Numbered from the whole stretch's first letter, positions 9,522 to 19,502 are shown. The stretch: DNA of 59,177 nucleotides, filler included, from 3 parts of 3 records of this genome joined end to end with filler, not necessarily neighbours in it; one strand, 5' to 3'. Notes: a model not told the origin generated them from the letters alone. Program-made: numbers and translations.

Positions 9522-10312
9522 TTGAGATTCTTTTCTTGAAAAATAGCTCTTTTTCATTATAGACTATAATGATAGCTATAATAGTCAGGATAACTGTTTG
9601 AATCATTTTGGTAGTTTGGGTTATCTCAAACATCTCTTGTGAGAGGTTGATAATATAGTGAAATGCTATTGCCACAGGGATGTTTCGAGCACTTTTCGCC
9701 CATATCCAACTAATTATAAAACCAAGTGGTATGATGCTAAGGTAAAAGTTTATCCCATGAAATATACTTTCTTGAAACACCATATATTGATAAGAGTTAT
9801 TGACAAAACTTAAAGGTATATGCCATACTGACCATAAAATACTAAAAATAAAACTTGCATAAAAAAAACTGTACTTTTGCTCTAAACTCTCAAATCCATA
9901 GCCTCTCCAGCCAAGCTCTTCAAAAGTAGCAGCTAGAAGTAACAAGAGAAGTACGGGAACAGCTCCACTAGAGAATGAAAAATTTTGGGAGAGTTTAAAC
10001 TGTTCTATTGATTCACCAAATAAAAGTGAAAGTACAATAGAAAAAACTACAGATAAGGGCATTAAAAAAAGAAAATATGGCAATGTTCTTTTGTTGATAT
10101 CTTTAAAATTGGTAAATTTGGTTTTAAACTCCTTTTTTAAAAAGTTATTTTGCCCTTTATAGATAAAAACTAAAGCCATTACAAAAGGGATTATAAGTCC
10201 TATGAGTAAAAAAACACATAAAACTGATTATTTGGTTTAAAACTATAATATGCTCCAATTATCCAAAAGAGTGTTGTGAAAATAAAAGTGTAGGTAAAAT
10301 ATTTTTTTGCAT
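9511..10312 (-). CDS. CPBP/CAAX-family intramembrane protease (two apparent 5' frameshifts)
   Basis: EELGWRGY, WSVWHIP and FHYIIN motifs; the N-terminus from ATG 10312 is restored by adding one base to each of two 7-nt homopolymers (10302-10308 and 10208-10214). Confidence 0.8.
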
Positions 10313-10317
10313 TGTAT

Positions 10318-11061
10318 CTACCAAGCATATAAAACTCCTATGAAAAAATTGTGTTGATATTTTGTATCTACAATCGGACTATCAGAAATGCTATTATCTA
10401 AAAAGGTTGTTTTTAGGTGACTTATAATTGAGTAGTTTGTATCATATCGATAAGAATATTGTATCCCTATAGTAGTGTTAAGGGCTTCTTGTGCTGTGTA
10501 AGGATAAATATAAGGGTTTGTTTGAGTAGCTAAAACTCCGTAATAGTAATCTGTTTTCTCCTTATCCATATATTCCAATAAAAGACTGCTAGCAATAGTA
10601 TGCTTCCGATTTTGAAAAAGCATATAATCTATCCCTAATTCTATACTATAGCTATTATGTTTATTACTTATATCATAATGTAAATTTCCTATAAGCTTCA
10701 TATCTTTTAAGAGTGTGTATTGATTTTTTAAAACAGCATTAATGCTTGGTTTCTTATCTTTAAGGGTGTGCAGGTAGATACTATCACTATTTTTATAGCC
10801 CAAAAAATCTGAAGAGAGTTCCAAAGAACTTGTAAATGATCTCTTTTTATACATTGTATACCCTATAGCCAATCCTTTTATATAAAAATCTTTATAATCC
10901 ACAATTACAAGCGGTATAGTTTTTGTTTTTGAGGAGGTGCCTTTATAGATTTTGGATGTATGTACTATCCCAAGTCCTGTTTGAAATGAACGAGTTTCAT
11001 TAGCAAGTAAAAAAGAAGTGCAAAAAGCAATTCCTAAAAATATAGTGAAGATGATTTTCAT
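10318..11061 (-). CDS. MipA/OmpV-family outer-membrane protein
   Basis: Signal peptide from MKIIF; YKG, DYYYGV and ISDSPIVD motifs; terminal YAW. Confidence 0.85.
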   Translation of the reverse strand: MKIIFTIFLGIAFCTSFLLANETRSFQTGLGIVHTSKIYKGTSSKTKTIPLVIVDYKDFYIKGLAIGYTMYKKRSFTSSLELSSDFLGYKNSDSIYLHTLKDKKPSINAVLKNQYTLLKDMKLIGNLHYDISNKHNSYSIELGIDYMLFQNRKHTIASSLLLEYMDKEKTDYYYGVLATQTNPYIYPYTAQEALNTTIGIQYSYRYDTNYSIISHLKTTFLDNSISDSPIVDTKYQHNFFIGVLYAW

Positions 11062-11132
11062 AGTTTTTCCTTTTGGTTTTTTATAACTATAGAACAATAT
11101 AAAAAAATTGTATTGTAAAAATGCGCATTTAT

Positions 11133-11978
11133 CTACCAATAAAAAAGAACTTTTCCTTTGTATTTTTGAGTGATGTACTCTTTAGGGGTCATTCCACTAT
11201 ATTTTTTAAACTCTTTAATAAAGTGAGCTTGATCGTAGTAGTGACATTGATTTGCTAGGAGGCTAAAGTTGATATTTTGTTTTGACAATGTCATATGCCC
11301 AATAGTTTGAAGAGTCTGTAAAAATCTCATATTGTTATGAAGTTCTTTAAAGCTTAGCCCAAATATCTCTTTATACTCTTTTTGGATCCATCTTCTACTA
11401 TATCCTAACTCTTTTGAAAAACTTTCCAAAGAGTCGTTATACTTTAAAAATAATGGAAGATATGGATTGATCTGCATTGTTCTTTTTTCTAACAGTTTAA
11501 AAAAATACTCTTCAAATATCTTTATCATTTTCTCACCAGTAGTTGCAGTTTCCATCTTTTCAAGCATAACATGACACTCATTTTTATCATTCCATATATC
11601 CTCAACTTTCAAATCTTCATTTAATAGCTCTTTGGGAGATAGATCAAAGAGTGCAAAAAGGGTATGGGGAAGAAGATCAACTTTTAAGTTTTTAACAGGG
11701 ATGTTGTTTTTATCGGATTCTATCTCATAGATATCAAACCAATTGCCTATACCACTATTTATATAAGTTCTTTTTGTAATAGTCGTAGTATCATTTTTTG
11801 TTTGAAGTTTACTGATATTGCCATAAAACTCAAAGTAAAGTTGTGTGTGAAAAGTAGGAAATGCTCTGGTTATATATTTATTTGAAGTTGATTCTAAATA
11901 GCCAAGAGAATAGGTATAAGAAGATATATATTTTTGTAATTGAGTCTGAATCGGTTGTAAGGTCTTGTAATCTATCAA
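11133..11978 (-). CDS. AraC-family transcriptional regulator
   Basis: C-terminal HTH: GYSRRWIQKEYKEIFGLS...YYDQAHFIKEFKKYSGMTPKEY. Confidence 0.9.
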   Translation of the reverse strand: MIDYKTLQPIQTQLQKYISSYTYSLGYLESTSNKYITRAFPTFHTQLYFEFYGNISKLQTKNDTTTITKRTYINSGIGNWFDIYEIESDKNNIPVKNLKVDLLPHTLFALFDLSPKELLNEDLKVEDIWNDKNECHVMLEKMETATTGEKMIKIFEEYFFKLLEKRTMQINPYLPLFLKYNDSLESFSKELGYSRRWIQKEYKEIFGLSFKELHNNMRFLQTLQTIGHMTLSKQNINFSLLANQCHYYDQAHFIKEFKKYSGMTPKEYITQKYKGKVLFYW

Positions 11979-12093
11979 GGTATTCTCAGGTTTAAAATTT
12001 TTTATATAGTATCATATCATAATATAAATGATGTTTTTTTCTTTGAATAAAGTTTGATATGCTAAGATAAACTAAAATGAGAGGGAGGTTATT

Positions 12094-12357
12094 ATGGTAA
12101 AAAATAAGATACTTATATCATTTTTATTTATTGGAGTGTGTACTCTTTTTTTAGGTGCGAATGAGATAGAAAAGCTTGATAAAAGCTATATAGATGCTGG
12201 TCAGACTCTCAAAAGAGATTTAAATGAAGAGGATAGACAAGAGCTGATAAAAGATACTTCGGCATTGGATAAAAAAGATGTGTATTTCATACAATATCAT
12301 TTGTTTAATAAAAAACTCCTAGATACAAAAAGGACAAAACTTATAAAATATGAATAA
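12094..12357 (+). CDS. Small exported hypothetical protein
   Basis: RBS GGAGG, signal-like N-terminus, overlaps the mutY start. Confidence 0.55.
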   Translation: MVKNKILISFLFIGVCTLFLGANEIEKLDKSYIDAGQTLKRDLNEEDRQELIKDTSALDKKDVYFIQYHLFNKKLLDTKRTKLIKYE

Positions 12358-13288
12358 AACACTCCATCAATCTCTTTTAAAATGGTATAAAATACAAGGT
12401 CGTCATAATCTTCCTTGGCGAAATACAGATAATGTTTATCATGTGTATGTTAGTGAAATAATGCTTCAACAAACTCAAGTAAGTAGAGTAAAAGAGTATT
12501 TTTATCCTAATTTTTTAGAACAATACCCTACAATAAAAGCACTATCAAGTGCTGATATAGATGAAGTGATTTCTAATTGGAGTGGATTAGGGTATTATAG
12601 TCGAGCTAGAAACCTTCATAAAACAGCTATTTTAACAGCTGATAAAGGACTTCCTAAGAGTGCAAAGGAGCTTGAAAAACTCCCAGGTATTGGAAAATAT
12701 ACGGCAAGTGCTATTTGCAGTTTTGCACTAAAACAAAATATAAGTGTAGTTGATACCAATATTGCACGGGTATTAAAACGATTTTTTGCACTTTTACAAG
12801 TAAAAGACAAAATTGTATGGGAGTATGCAGATAAGTTTTTAAACGTAAAAGATCCTACTCATCACAATCTTGCTTTGATGGATCTAGGTTCAATCATTTG
12901 TACTCCAACAAATCCAAAGTGTGATGAATGCCCTTTAGGAAAAGCTTGCCTTGGAAAAGATGAACCTACTCTTTATACCCAAACAAAAAAAACAAAATAT
13001 GAAGCTTTAGAGCTTTTTTATGGAGTATTAAAAAAAGATAATCTTATAGCTGTTCAAAAATCACCTTCAAAACTTTATCATGGAATGTATGAGTTACCTA
13101 GCGTAGATCCAATAGAAGAGAATTTTATAGGAAGTTTTAAACACTCCTATACAAAATATCGAATCACAGTGAATCTTTATAATGTAGAGGAGTTAGAAGA
13201 AACGGTGGAGTGGTTAGCGCTTGACTCTATAGATCAAGCTCCTCTCTCTTCAATGATGAAAAAAGCTTTGGCTATTTGTTTGCAATAG
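12350..13288 (+). CDS. mutY: A/G-specific adenine glycosylase
   Basis: LPWR, VSEIMLQQTQV, WSGLGYYSRARNL, HhH LPGIGKYTA, Fe-S motif CTPTNPKCDECPLGKAC. Confidence 0.93.
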   Translation: MNKTLHQSLLKWYKIQGRHNLPWRNTDNVYHVYVSEIMLQQTQVSRVKEYFYPNFLEQYPTIKALSSADIDEVISNWSGLGYYSRARNLHKTAILTADKGLPKSAKELEKLPGIGKYTASAICSFALKQNISVVDTNIARVLKRFFALLQVKDKIVWEYADKFLNVKDPTHHNLALMDLGSIICTPTNPKCDECPLGKACLGKDEPTLYTQTKKTKYEALELFYGVLKKDNLIAVQKSPSKLYHGMYELPSVDPIEENFIGSFKHSYTKYRITVNLYNVEELEETVEWLALDSIDQAPLSSMMKKALAICLQ

Positions 13289-14174
13289 CCTTTGCTAGAT
13301 TTTTAAGGTTTTGTGACCATTTAGGATTAAGAGGACTTACTTTTATAACTGGTACTCCTACCTCTTTAGCAATCTGCTTTGCAACCTTTTCACTAAATTC
13401 AGGTGCTGTAAATACTGCTTTTACACCTTCTTCTTTTGCTTCTTCTATAAGGTGCATCACTTGTTTTGGTTTAGGGTTTTTCCCACCTGCTTCAATTGCA
13501 AGTTGAACTAGTCCATAATCTCTTGCAAAGTATCCCCAAGATGGGTGAAATACCATAAATTTACTCCCAGTTTCCACATCTATCAAAATCTTCTTGATCG
13601 CTTTATCAGTAGTTTTAATAGTATGTAAAAACTCTTTATAGTTTTTTGTATAGTATGCTTTGTTTACTTGATCTTGTTTGATAAGAGTCTCATAAATATT
13701 TTGGGCTATTACTTTTACATTTGAAGGACTAGTCCAAACATGTGGGTCTAGTGATTCATGTTCATTATGCTCATCTTTATGTTTATCATGATCATGTTCA
13801 TCTTTGTGGGTATCATGGTCATGCTCTTCTTCATGTGTATGTTTTCTTAGAGGAAGTTTTTTGATCCCATCTGCAAGATCTACTATAATCATATTTTTAT
13901 TTTGATCTTTAAATTTTGGTATCCATGTATGCTCAAACTCAACATCAATAGCAAAGTAGATATCAGCTTTTGCGATATCTTTCATTTGAGATGGTTTTGG
14001 CTCATATGTATGTGGAGAGTTTCCTGGCTTTACCATTAAAGCTACATTTACTTTATCCCCACCAATTGCTTCTACAAATGTTTTTTGAGGTAAGATACTC
14101 ACCACTGCATTTACATTTGCATATAAAAAGTTTATACTAAAAAGTATAGATAATCCTATAATTTTTTTTATCAT
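13272..14174 (-). CDS. znuA: Zinc ABC transporter substrate-binding protein
   Basis: SPHTYEPKP, DPHVWTSP, FHPSWGYF and a His/acidic loop containing a 9-aa repeat (HDHDxHKDE). Confidence 0.88.
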   Translation of the reverse strand: MIKKIIGLSILFSINFLYANVNAVVSILPQKTFVEAIGGDKVNVALMVKPGNSPHTYEPKPSQMKDIAKADIYFAIDVEFEHTWIPKFKDQNKNMIIVDLADGIKKLPLRKHTHEEEHDHDTHKDEHDHDKHKDEHNEHESLDPHVWTSPSNVKVIAQNIYETLIKQDQVNKAYYTKNYKEFLHTIKTTDKAIKKILIDVETGSKFMVFHPSWGYFARDYGLVQLAIEAGGKNPKPKQVMHLIEEAKEEGVKAVFTAPEFSEKVAKQIAKEVGVPVIKVSPLNPKWSQNLKNLAKAIANK

Positions 14175-14183
14175 TATTTCCTC

Positions 14184-15029
14184 CTAAAATTTAAAATTGA
14201 GTGCCAATGAGAACACTTCTTGGTCCACATCATCCTGATTTTCTGGAACCTCTTTTCCATTTTGATATGAGTATTTAGCAATTATATCAAAGGTTTGGAA
14301 CTTTTTCCCAAGACTTAACATATAAGTTTCATCTTGTTCCATTGCATGGTGTTGTACTTTATGTCCATTATTAAGAACCGTAAACATTCTTTTTCCAAAA
14401 AAAGCTCCAACACCTCCAAAATATCCATGATAGTTAAGTCCTAGTTTTACTCCAGTTGTAAAATAGTCTTTATCTGTAAAACTATAAGCCCCATAAGAAT
14501 CTCCATCTATATGGATAGATTTTGCTATGATTGTTGCTTTCCCTTTTACTTCTCCTAGTTTAAAGCCTTTAAAAAGTGTAAGATCATATTGATTTACATC
14601 AAATTGTTCATAATCACTTCTATAAAAATCAAGCCCAGCACCAAATCCTTTTGGAAATTTATAAGTGCTCCCTAGTCCATAGATCTTTCCTTGATCAGTT
14701 GGAGCAAGATTATCAATGATCTTGATAAATGAAGTGTGTAGGTCAAACTGTTTTGTAATGTTATATCCATACGATAGACTGTATTTTTCCACATGTAAAC
14801 TATCAATAGAAGCTTTTGTTACAGGATGTTCTCTGTTAACATCCTCTCTTTGATATCCTAGATAGACTTTATGATTATCAAATGAGCTAGTAAGTCCAGT
14901 GATAAAGTTTCTTCCATCAACTTTTGTTTTAGAGTTATCATACTCTTTTATTCCATGTTGGAATAATAGTTCATTTTTTGCATGTACTAATGTGAGTGTA
15001 CATAGCATTATGAAAAATATTTTTTTCAA
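14184..15029 (-). CDS. Putative outer-membrane beta-barrel protein
   Basis: TTG start with GGAG RBS, signal peptide, amphipathic beta pattern, terminal LNFKF, QHHAME motif; directly upstream of znuA. Confidence 0.65.
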   Translation of the reverse strand: MKKIFFIMLCTLTLVHAKNELLFQHGIKEYDNSKTKVDGRNFITGLTSSFDNHKVYLGYQREDVNREHPVTKASIDSLHVEKYSLSYGYNITKQFDLHTSFIKIIDNLAPTDQGKIYGLGSTYKFPKGFGAGLDFYRSDYEQFDVNQYDLTLFKGFKLGEVKGKATIIAKSIHIDGDSYGAYSFTDKDYFTTGVKLGLNYHGYFGGVGAFFGKRMFTVLNNGHKVQHHAMEQDETYMLSLGKKFQTFDIIAKYSYQNGKEVPENQDDVDQEVFSLALNFKF

Positions 15030-15049
15030 ACTATCTCCTTGCTTTATTT

Positions 15050-15111
15050 TGCAACCTAGTTGCACTAATGGAAGTATAAAGAAAGAAAACTTAAATGCAA
15101 CTAAGTTGCAT
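15050..15111. promoter_or_regulatory. Two Zur-like palindromes
   Basis: TGCAAC-CTA-GTTGCA (15050-15064) and ATGCAAC-TAA-GTTGCAT (15095-15111), upstream of the OMP-znuA pair. Confidence 0.65.
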
Positions 15112-15125
15112 ATTTTCTTATATTT

Positions 15126-15149
15126 CATTATATACTAAGGTATATAACG
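15126..15149. promoter_or_regulatory. ModE box 3
   Basis: CATTATATA-CTAAGG-TATATAACG. Confidence 0.85.
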
Positions 15150-15206
15150 GTACAATTTTTGCATGGTGTATTTTGCTTTACAAGAAAAGCGAAAAATTTT
15201 GTCTAT

Positions 15207-15230
15207 CGTTATATACTGGAGTATATAATG
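15207..15230. promoter_or_regulatory. ModE box 4
   Basis: CGTTATATA-CTGGAG-TATATAATG. Confidence 0.85.
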
Positions 15231-15247
15231 AAATTATAGGAGTGAGT

Positions 15248-15952
15248 ATGAACAAAGTTTTAATGATATTAGTATCTGTTGGATTGGTAGTATTTGCAGA
15301 TAATCTAAAAGTAGCAGCTGGAGCTGGATATAAAAAACCTTTGATGGATGTTATTAAACTCTATGAAAAACAAGGTGAAAAGGTCGAGCCTTTTTTTGGG
15401 AATATGCGTCAAATAACTACCCAAGCACAGCAAACTGACATTGCTATTATTGTAGGAGATAAAAATTTTTTATCGAAAAAAAGCAAATTGCCATTTAGTA
15501 AATATACTCTTTTAGGCAAAGGGAAAGTAGTAGTAGCATATCCAAAGGGAAAGAGGCTTGAGTCTCTTGAGATATTAGAGAATGAAAAGATACAAAAAAT
15601 CTCAATGCCTCAACCTAAAAAAGCTATTTATGGAATAGCTGGATTGGAGTTTTTACAAAACAGTAGTTTATATTCAAAAGTTGAAGATAAGCTTCATATC
15701 GTAGCAACGGTTCCTCAATCAATGACCTATATCATTACAGGAGAAGTTGATGCAGGAATCGTTAATCTAACAGCTACATTAGCCAATAAAGATAAAATAG
15801 GTGGATATATAGAGGTGGATCAGAAATACTATTCACCAATTGATATCGTAGCGGGAGAGTTGCCAGCCTGCAATTCTAAAAAATGTCATGATTTTTTAGA
15901 TTTTTTACATTCAAAAGAGGCACAAAATATCTTTAAAAGCTATGGTCTTTAA
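15248..15952 (+). CDS. modA: Second molybdate-binding protein (divergent ModA)
   Basis: Start after the GGAG RBS; signal peptide; VAAGAGYKKP, FFGN, MPQPKKAIYG and ATVPQ. Confidence 0.8.
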   Translation: MNKVLMILVSVGLVVFADNLKVAAGAGYKKPLMDVIKLYEKQGEKVEPFFGNMRQITTQAQQTDIAIIVGDKNFLSKKSKLPFSKYTLLGKGKVVVAYPKGKRLESLEILENEKIQKISMPQPKKAIYGIAGLEFLQNSSLYSKVEDKLHIVATVPQSMTYIITGEVDAGIVNLTATLANKDKIGGYIEVDQKYYSPIDIVAGELPACNSKKCHDFLDFLHSKEAQNIFKSYGL

Positions 15953-15955
15953 AAG

Positions 15956-16639
15956 ATGAATATTGCTTTTATTCAAATAACCCATCCATTGATCCTCTCT
16001 TTGGAAACTATTTGTGTATCTGCGATACTATTTCTAATGTTAGGGGTCCCATTGGCTTTTCTTTTATCAAAAGAGAAGCTCCCCTTTAAATGGCTTTTAG
16101 ACACTCTAGTGACTTTGCCACTTATCTTCCCTCCCATCGCCGTAGGGTTTTTTCTCCTTTTATTACTAGGGCGAGAGGGTTGGTTTGGTGTATGGTTATA
16201 TCAATTTGACATCTCTATAATCTTTAGTTTTAGTGGGATTGTCATTGCTGCTTTTATAGCAGGGTTACCTTTGATGGTAAAACCACTACAATCGGCAATA
16301 GAGAGTTTTCCTAGATCTATTAAAGAAGCTTCTATAATTAGTGGGAAAAGTGAGATAGTTACATTTTTGTTTGTGGTATTACCAGCAGTAAAAAACTCTA
16401 TGTTTGTGGCACTTTTAATAGCAACTGCAAGAGCTTTGGGGGAAGTTGGAATTACCTTGATGTTAGGTGGTAATATCATAGGCAAAACAGATACAGTTTC
16501 ATTGGCAATTTATAATGCTGTTTTTGATGGAGAGTATGAATTGGCAATGACTTTAAGTGGGATACTTGTATGTATCTCTTTGGTGTTTTTTATCTCTTTA
16601 CACATTTTACAAAAAAAAGAGAAACTTTATAAAATATAA
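15956..16639 (+). CDS. modB: Second molybdate ABC permease
   Basis: LPLIFPPIAVGFFLL and ARALGEVGITLMLGGNIIGKT. Confidence 0.88.
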   Translation: MNIAFIQITHPLILSLETICVSAILFLMLGVPLAFLLSKEKLPFKWLLDTLVTLPLIFPPIAVGFFLLLLLGREGWFGVWLYQFDISIIFSFSGIVIAAFIAGLPLMVKPLQSAIESFPRSIKEASIISGKSEIVTFLFVVLPAVKNSMFVALLIATARALGEVGITLMLGGNIIGKTDTVSLAIYNAVFDGEYELAMTLSGILVCISLVFFISLHILQKKEKLYKI

Positions 16640-16647
16640 GGATAAAT

Positions 16648-17490
16648 ATGAATCTATTAAAAGAAGATGTAGGGTATAAAGATCTTACCACATTTGGATT
16701 AGGGATTGAAAAAGAGCTAGGAGAGATTATTTTTAAAGCAAGGGAAGATATTATTTTAAGTGGTGTAGATCCTGTGGAACAAATTTGTAAGAATAGTTCA
16801 CTTGAATATAAGATTTTAAAACAAAATGGAGATAAAGTCTTAAAAGGTGAAGTGATTCTTATATGTAAAGGGGAATCAGGGGAGATCCATAAAATGTGGA
16901 AGATCTCACAAAATATTTTAGAATATTGTAGTGGCATTGCTAGCTATACACATCAATTAGTACAAAAAGCAAAAAAAATAAATCCAGATATTGTAGTAGC
17001 TACGACTAGAAAAAATTTCCCTGGATCAAAAGAGATGATGATTCAAGCTGTGATGGATGGTGGTGGAGTGATTCATCGAATGGGATTATACGATTCAATT
17101 TTGATTTTTCCCGAGCATTTAGAGTTTATTGCTGATAAAAAAGAATTAGAGCAAAAGTTTCTTAGGCTAAAAAAAAGATTTATAGAAAAAAAGATCACTG
17201 TAGAGGTAGATTCATATGAAGTTGCTTTGTCATTTGCTACTTTAGGGGTAGATATTTTACAATGTGAAAAAATGGATGAAAAAACATTACAAAAATGTAT
17301 TAACTTAAAAAGAGAGTTTCCAAATCTTTTAATAAGTGCTACAGGAGGAGTCAGTCTTCAAAATATTGAGAAGTATGCAAAACTTGGAGTTGATCTTGTA
17401 GTGACATCATCCCCTTATCATGCAAAACCAGCAGATATAAAAGTGGTTATAGAAGCAGATAAAAGCTGGATGATCTTTGATTCTATTTAA
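16648..17490 (+). CDS. modD: ModD (NadC/quinolinate phosphoribosyltransferase-like)
   Basis: EDVGYKDLTT, WKISQNILEY, TTRKNFPG, HRMGL and Y/HAKPADI; lies in a mod operon. Confidence 0.85.
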   Translation: MNLLKEDVGYKDLTTFGLGIEKELGEIIFKAREDIILSGVDPVEQICKNSSLEYKILKQNGDKVLKGEVILICKGESGEIHKMWKISQNILEYCSGIASYTHQLVQKAKKINPDIVVATTRKNFPGSKEMMIQAVMDGGGVIHRMGLYDSILIFPEHLEFIADKKELEQKFLRLKKRFIEKKITVEVDSYEVALSFATLGVDILQCEKMDEKTLQKCINLKREFPNLLISATGGVSLQNIEKYAKLGVDLVVTSSPYHAKPADIKVVIEADKSWMIFDSI

Positions 17491-18420
17491 TTATTCAGCT
17501 AAAGTTGTTTGATTTCTGCCATTCTCTTTTGATTTGTAAAGAGCTGTATCAGCTCTTGCAACAGTGAGTTCAAGATTGTTAGTATCTTGGTGTTGGTCAT
17601 ACTCTGCTACTCCAAAACTTGCTGTAAAATTGATTTTCTCTTTTGTTGGAAGGGTTACAAAGGACTCTTCTATATCACGTCGTGTTTTTTCAGCGACTTT
17701 TTGTCCATTTTCAAGATCACAATCTTGTAATAGCATCACAAACTCTTCCCCTCCAAAACGAGCAGCAATATCACTTTGGCGGATATGCTTTTCAAGAGTT
17801 TTCGCTACTTTGATGATCACTTCATCTCCTATAAAATGTCCATAGTTATCATTGATATCTTTAAATTTATCGATATCTAAAATAAGGATAGTGAGTGGTA
17901 GATCATTTCGTTTTGAAAAGGAAAGAAGTTTTGCCGATTGTTCTGCAAAGTAACGTCTATTATAAATATGTGTAAGGGGATCTCTGTGGGACATATCTAT
18001 TAGCTCTTCATTGGCTTCTTTTAGCATATGGTTAATCTCAGATAAAGCTGTTACATCGTAGATATAGATACATACAAGTTTCTTTTCTATATTATAAGGG
18101 AGTATTGTGACCTCTTGTTTCATAGAAGAGAAGATCTTATTGGTAATATTACTTACTGGAATATCTATCAAAAAATCATTGGTATCCAAAGAGATAAAAG
18201 ACGCGTTATTGGTCACAAGAACAGTTTTGATCTTTCTTTTGAGTTTTTTATCATTGATATAAGGAAAAAGTTCATATAAGTTTTTCTCTAAGACCTCTTC
18301 TTGTTTTATATTTGTAAAGATCTGGAGCCAGTTATTCCATGCGTGTACTTTAAGATCTTCATCTAGAATTATGATCCCATTATTTACAGTATCAAAGATT
18401 ACATTATTGTCTATTTGCAT
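17491..18420 (-). CDS. PAS-GGDEF diguanylate cyclase
   Basis: N-terminal PAS-like domain; DPLT..YNRR, DIDKFKDIND, ARFGGEEF and an RxxD I-site (RQSD). Confidence 0.92.
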   Translation of the reverse strand: MQIDNNVIFDTVNNGIIILDEDLKVHAWNNWLQIFTNIKQEEVLEKNLYELFPYINDKKLKRKIKTVLVTNNASFISLDTNDFLIDIPVSNITNKIFSSMKQEVTILPYNIEKKLVCIYIYDVTALSEINHMLKEANEELIDMSHRDPLTHIYNRRYFAEQSAKLLSFSKRNDLPLTILILDIDKFKDINDNYGHFIGDEVIIKVAKTLEKHIRQSDIAARFGGEEFVMLLQDCDLENGQKVAEKTRRDIEESFVTLPTKEKINFTASFGVAEYDQHQDTNNLELTVARADTALYKSKENGRNQTTLAE

Positions 18421-18428
18421 AATTTTTC

Positions 18429-19046
18429 CTATAGATCTTCTAGTACTTTTTCAAGAGCCATCTTAAGGTACTGAGAAGATTTTTCTCTCGTTAAAAGCAT
18501 AAGTTCACCTTTTATATTCTGGTCTTGGAAGTTTAGTTCGGTTGCTATAATGATCACTTGGACATATTCACTTTCAAAACGTTTATCAAATTGATCAAGG
18601 GATTCTATTTTTGTGATATGTGGAGCATTAAAAGAAACAGATGCATCTATTAAAGAAGCAAGTTTTCCTGAAGTTGCAGAGGAGAGGATATTTGTGATCT
18701 CTAAGACCACGTCTTTAAGCTCATTTTCATCGATATGCTCTAAATGATCATTAAACTCACGTGCTAGATTTTGACTCGATCTCTCATCGATGAGAAAAAT
18801 ATTTTCTCCACTTAAGTGTCCATTGATCAGTTGATTACAAATATAATATTTTTTATGGGAAAGTAGTTTTTCATTAAGATAGCTATTAAGCTCTTTTGAT
18901 GAGATAGTATTGATTTTTGGGATACTAAGAGTTGCAAATTTACCAAGTATCTCAGAAATAGAAGCAGTAGCAAATCCATATGCGATATTCATCAACTCTT
19001 GTAAACAATCTTTTTCATCATCATTGAGTATAATTTGGTTTTCCAT
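18429..19046 (-). CDS. CheC/CheX-family phosphatase-like protein
   Basis: ExxN motifs in DCLQELMNIAYG and DVVLEITNIL. Confidence 0.8.
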   Translation of the reverse strand: MENQIILNDDEKDCLQELMNIAYGFATASISEILGKFATLSIPKINTISSKELNSYLNEKLLSHKKYYICNQLINGHLSGENIFLIDERSSQNLAREFNDHLEHIDENELKDVVLEITNILSSATSGKLASLIDASVSFNAPHITKIESLDQFDKRFESEYVQVIIIATELNFQDQNIKGELMLLTREKSSQYLKMALEKVLEDL

Positions 19047-19411
19047 TATAGTAATCCTAAAGTTGTTAACATACTTTTTAAGCTCTCTATATTGACTGGT
19101 TTTTTGATAAAACCTAAAGCACCATTCTCTTTTGCTTTTTTCATAGAAAGCTCTTGAATATCTGCACTAATTACTATGATTTTTGCTTCTTTATCATAAT
19201 CACAGATCTTTGAGATCGCAGTAAAACCATCCATTACAGGCATGGTGAGATCCATAAAGCAGATCTGTGGCTGATACTGTTTATACTGCTCAACTGCTTC
19301 TTTTCCATTTTGTGCTTCGATAATCTCAATTGAATCACTTAATAACGAAAGAAGATTGTTTTTGATGATCTTTCGTGCCATTTTTGAGTCGTCTACGACC
19401 AAATATTTCAT
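19046..19411 (-). CDS. Single-domain response regulator (CheY-like)
   Basis: LVVDDS, FMDLTMPVMDG and FIKKP; likely start at 19411. Confidence 0.9.
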   Translation of the reverse strand: MKYLVVDDSKMARKIIKNNLLSLLSDSIEIIEAQNGKEAVEQYKQYQPQICFMDLTMPVMDGFTAISKICDYDKEAKIIVISADIQELSMKKAKENGALGFIKKPVNIESLKSMLTTLGLL

Positions 19412-19502
19412 TTTAATTCCTAATGTGCTAGAATCTATATCATTTAACGATAGCATAATAATGCTAAAATTTATATTGTATTATAAAGGAAAATTATTTC
19501 AA

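Noticed and set aside
13755-13840. Short tandem repeats in znuA (also the His-rich tract at 43330-43397)
   Set aside because: These are coding His-rich metal-binding loops, not CRISPR or contingency repeats; I saw no CRISPR array, tRNA or rRNA in the window.
14899-15247. Extended 5' ends of the ORFs 14184-15128 and 15095-15952, and the small ORF 14899-15138
   Set aside because: They run through operator palindromes; RBS-supported starts are at 15029 and 15248.
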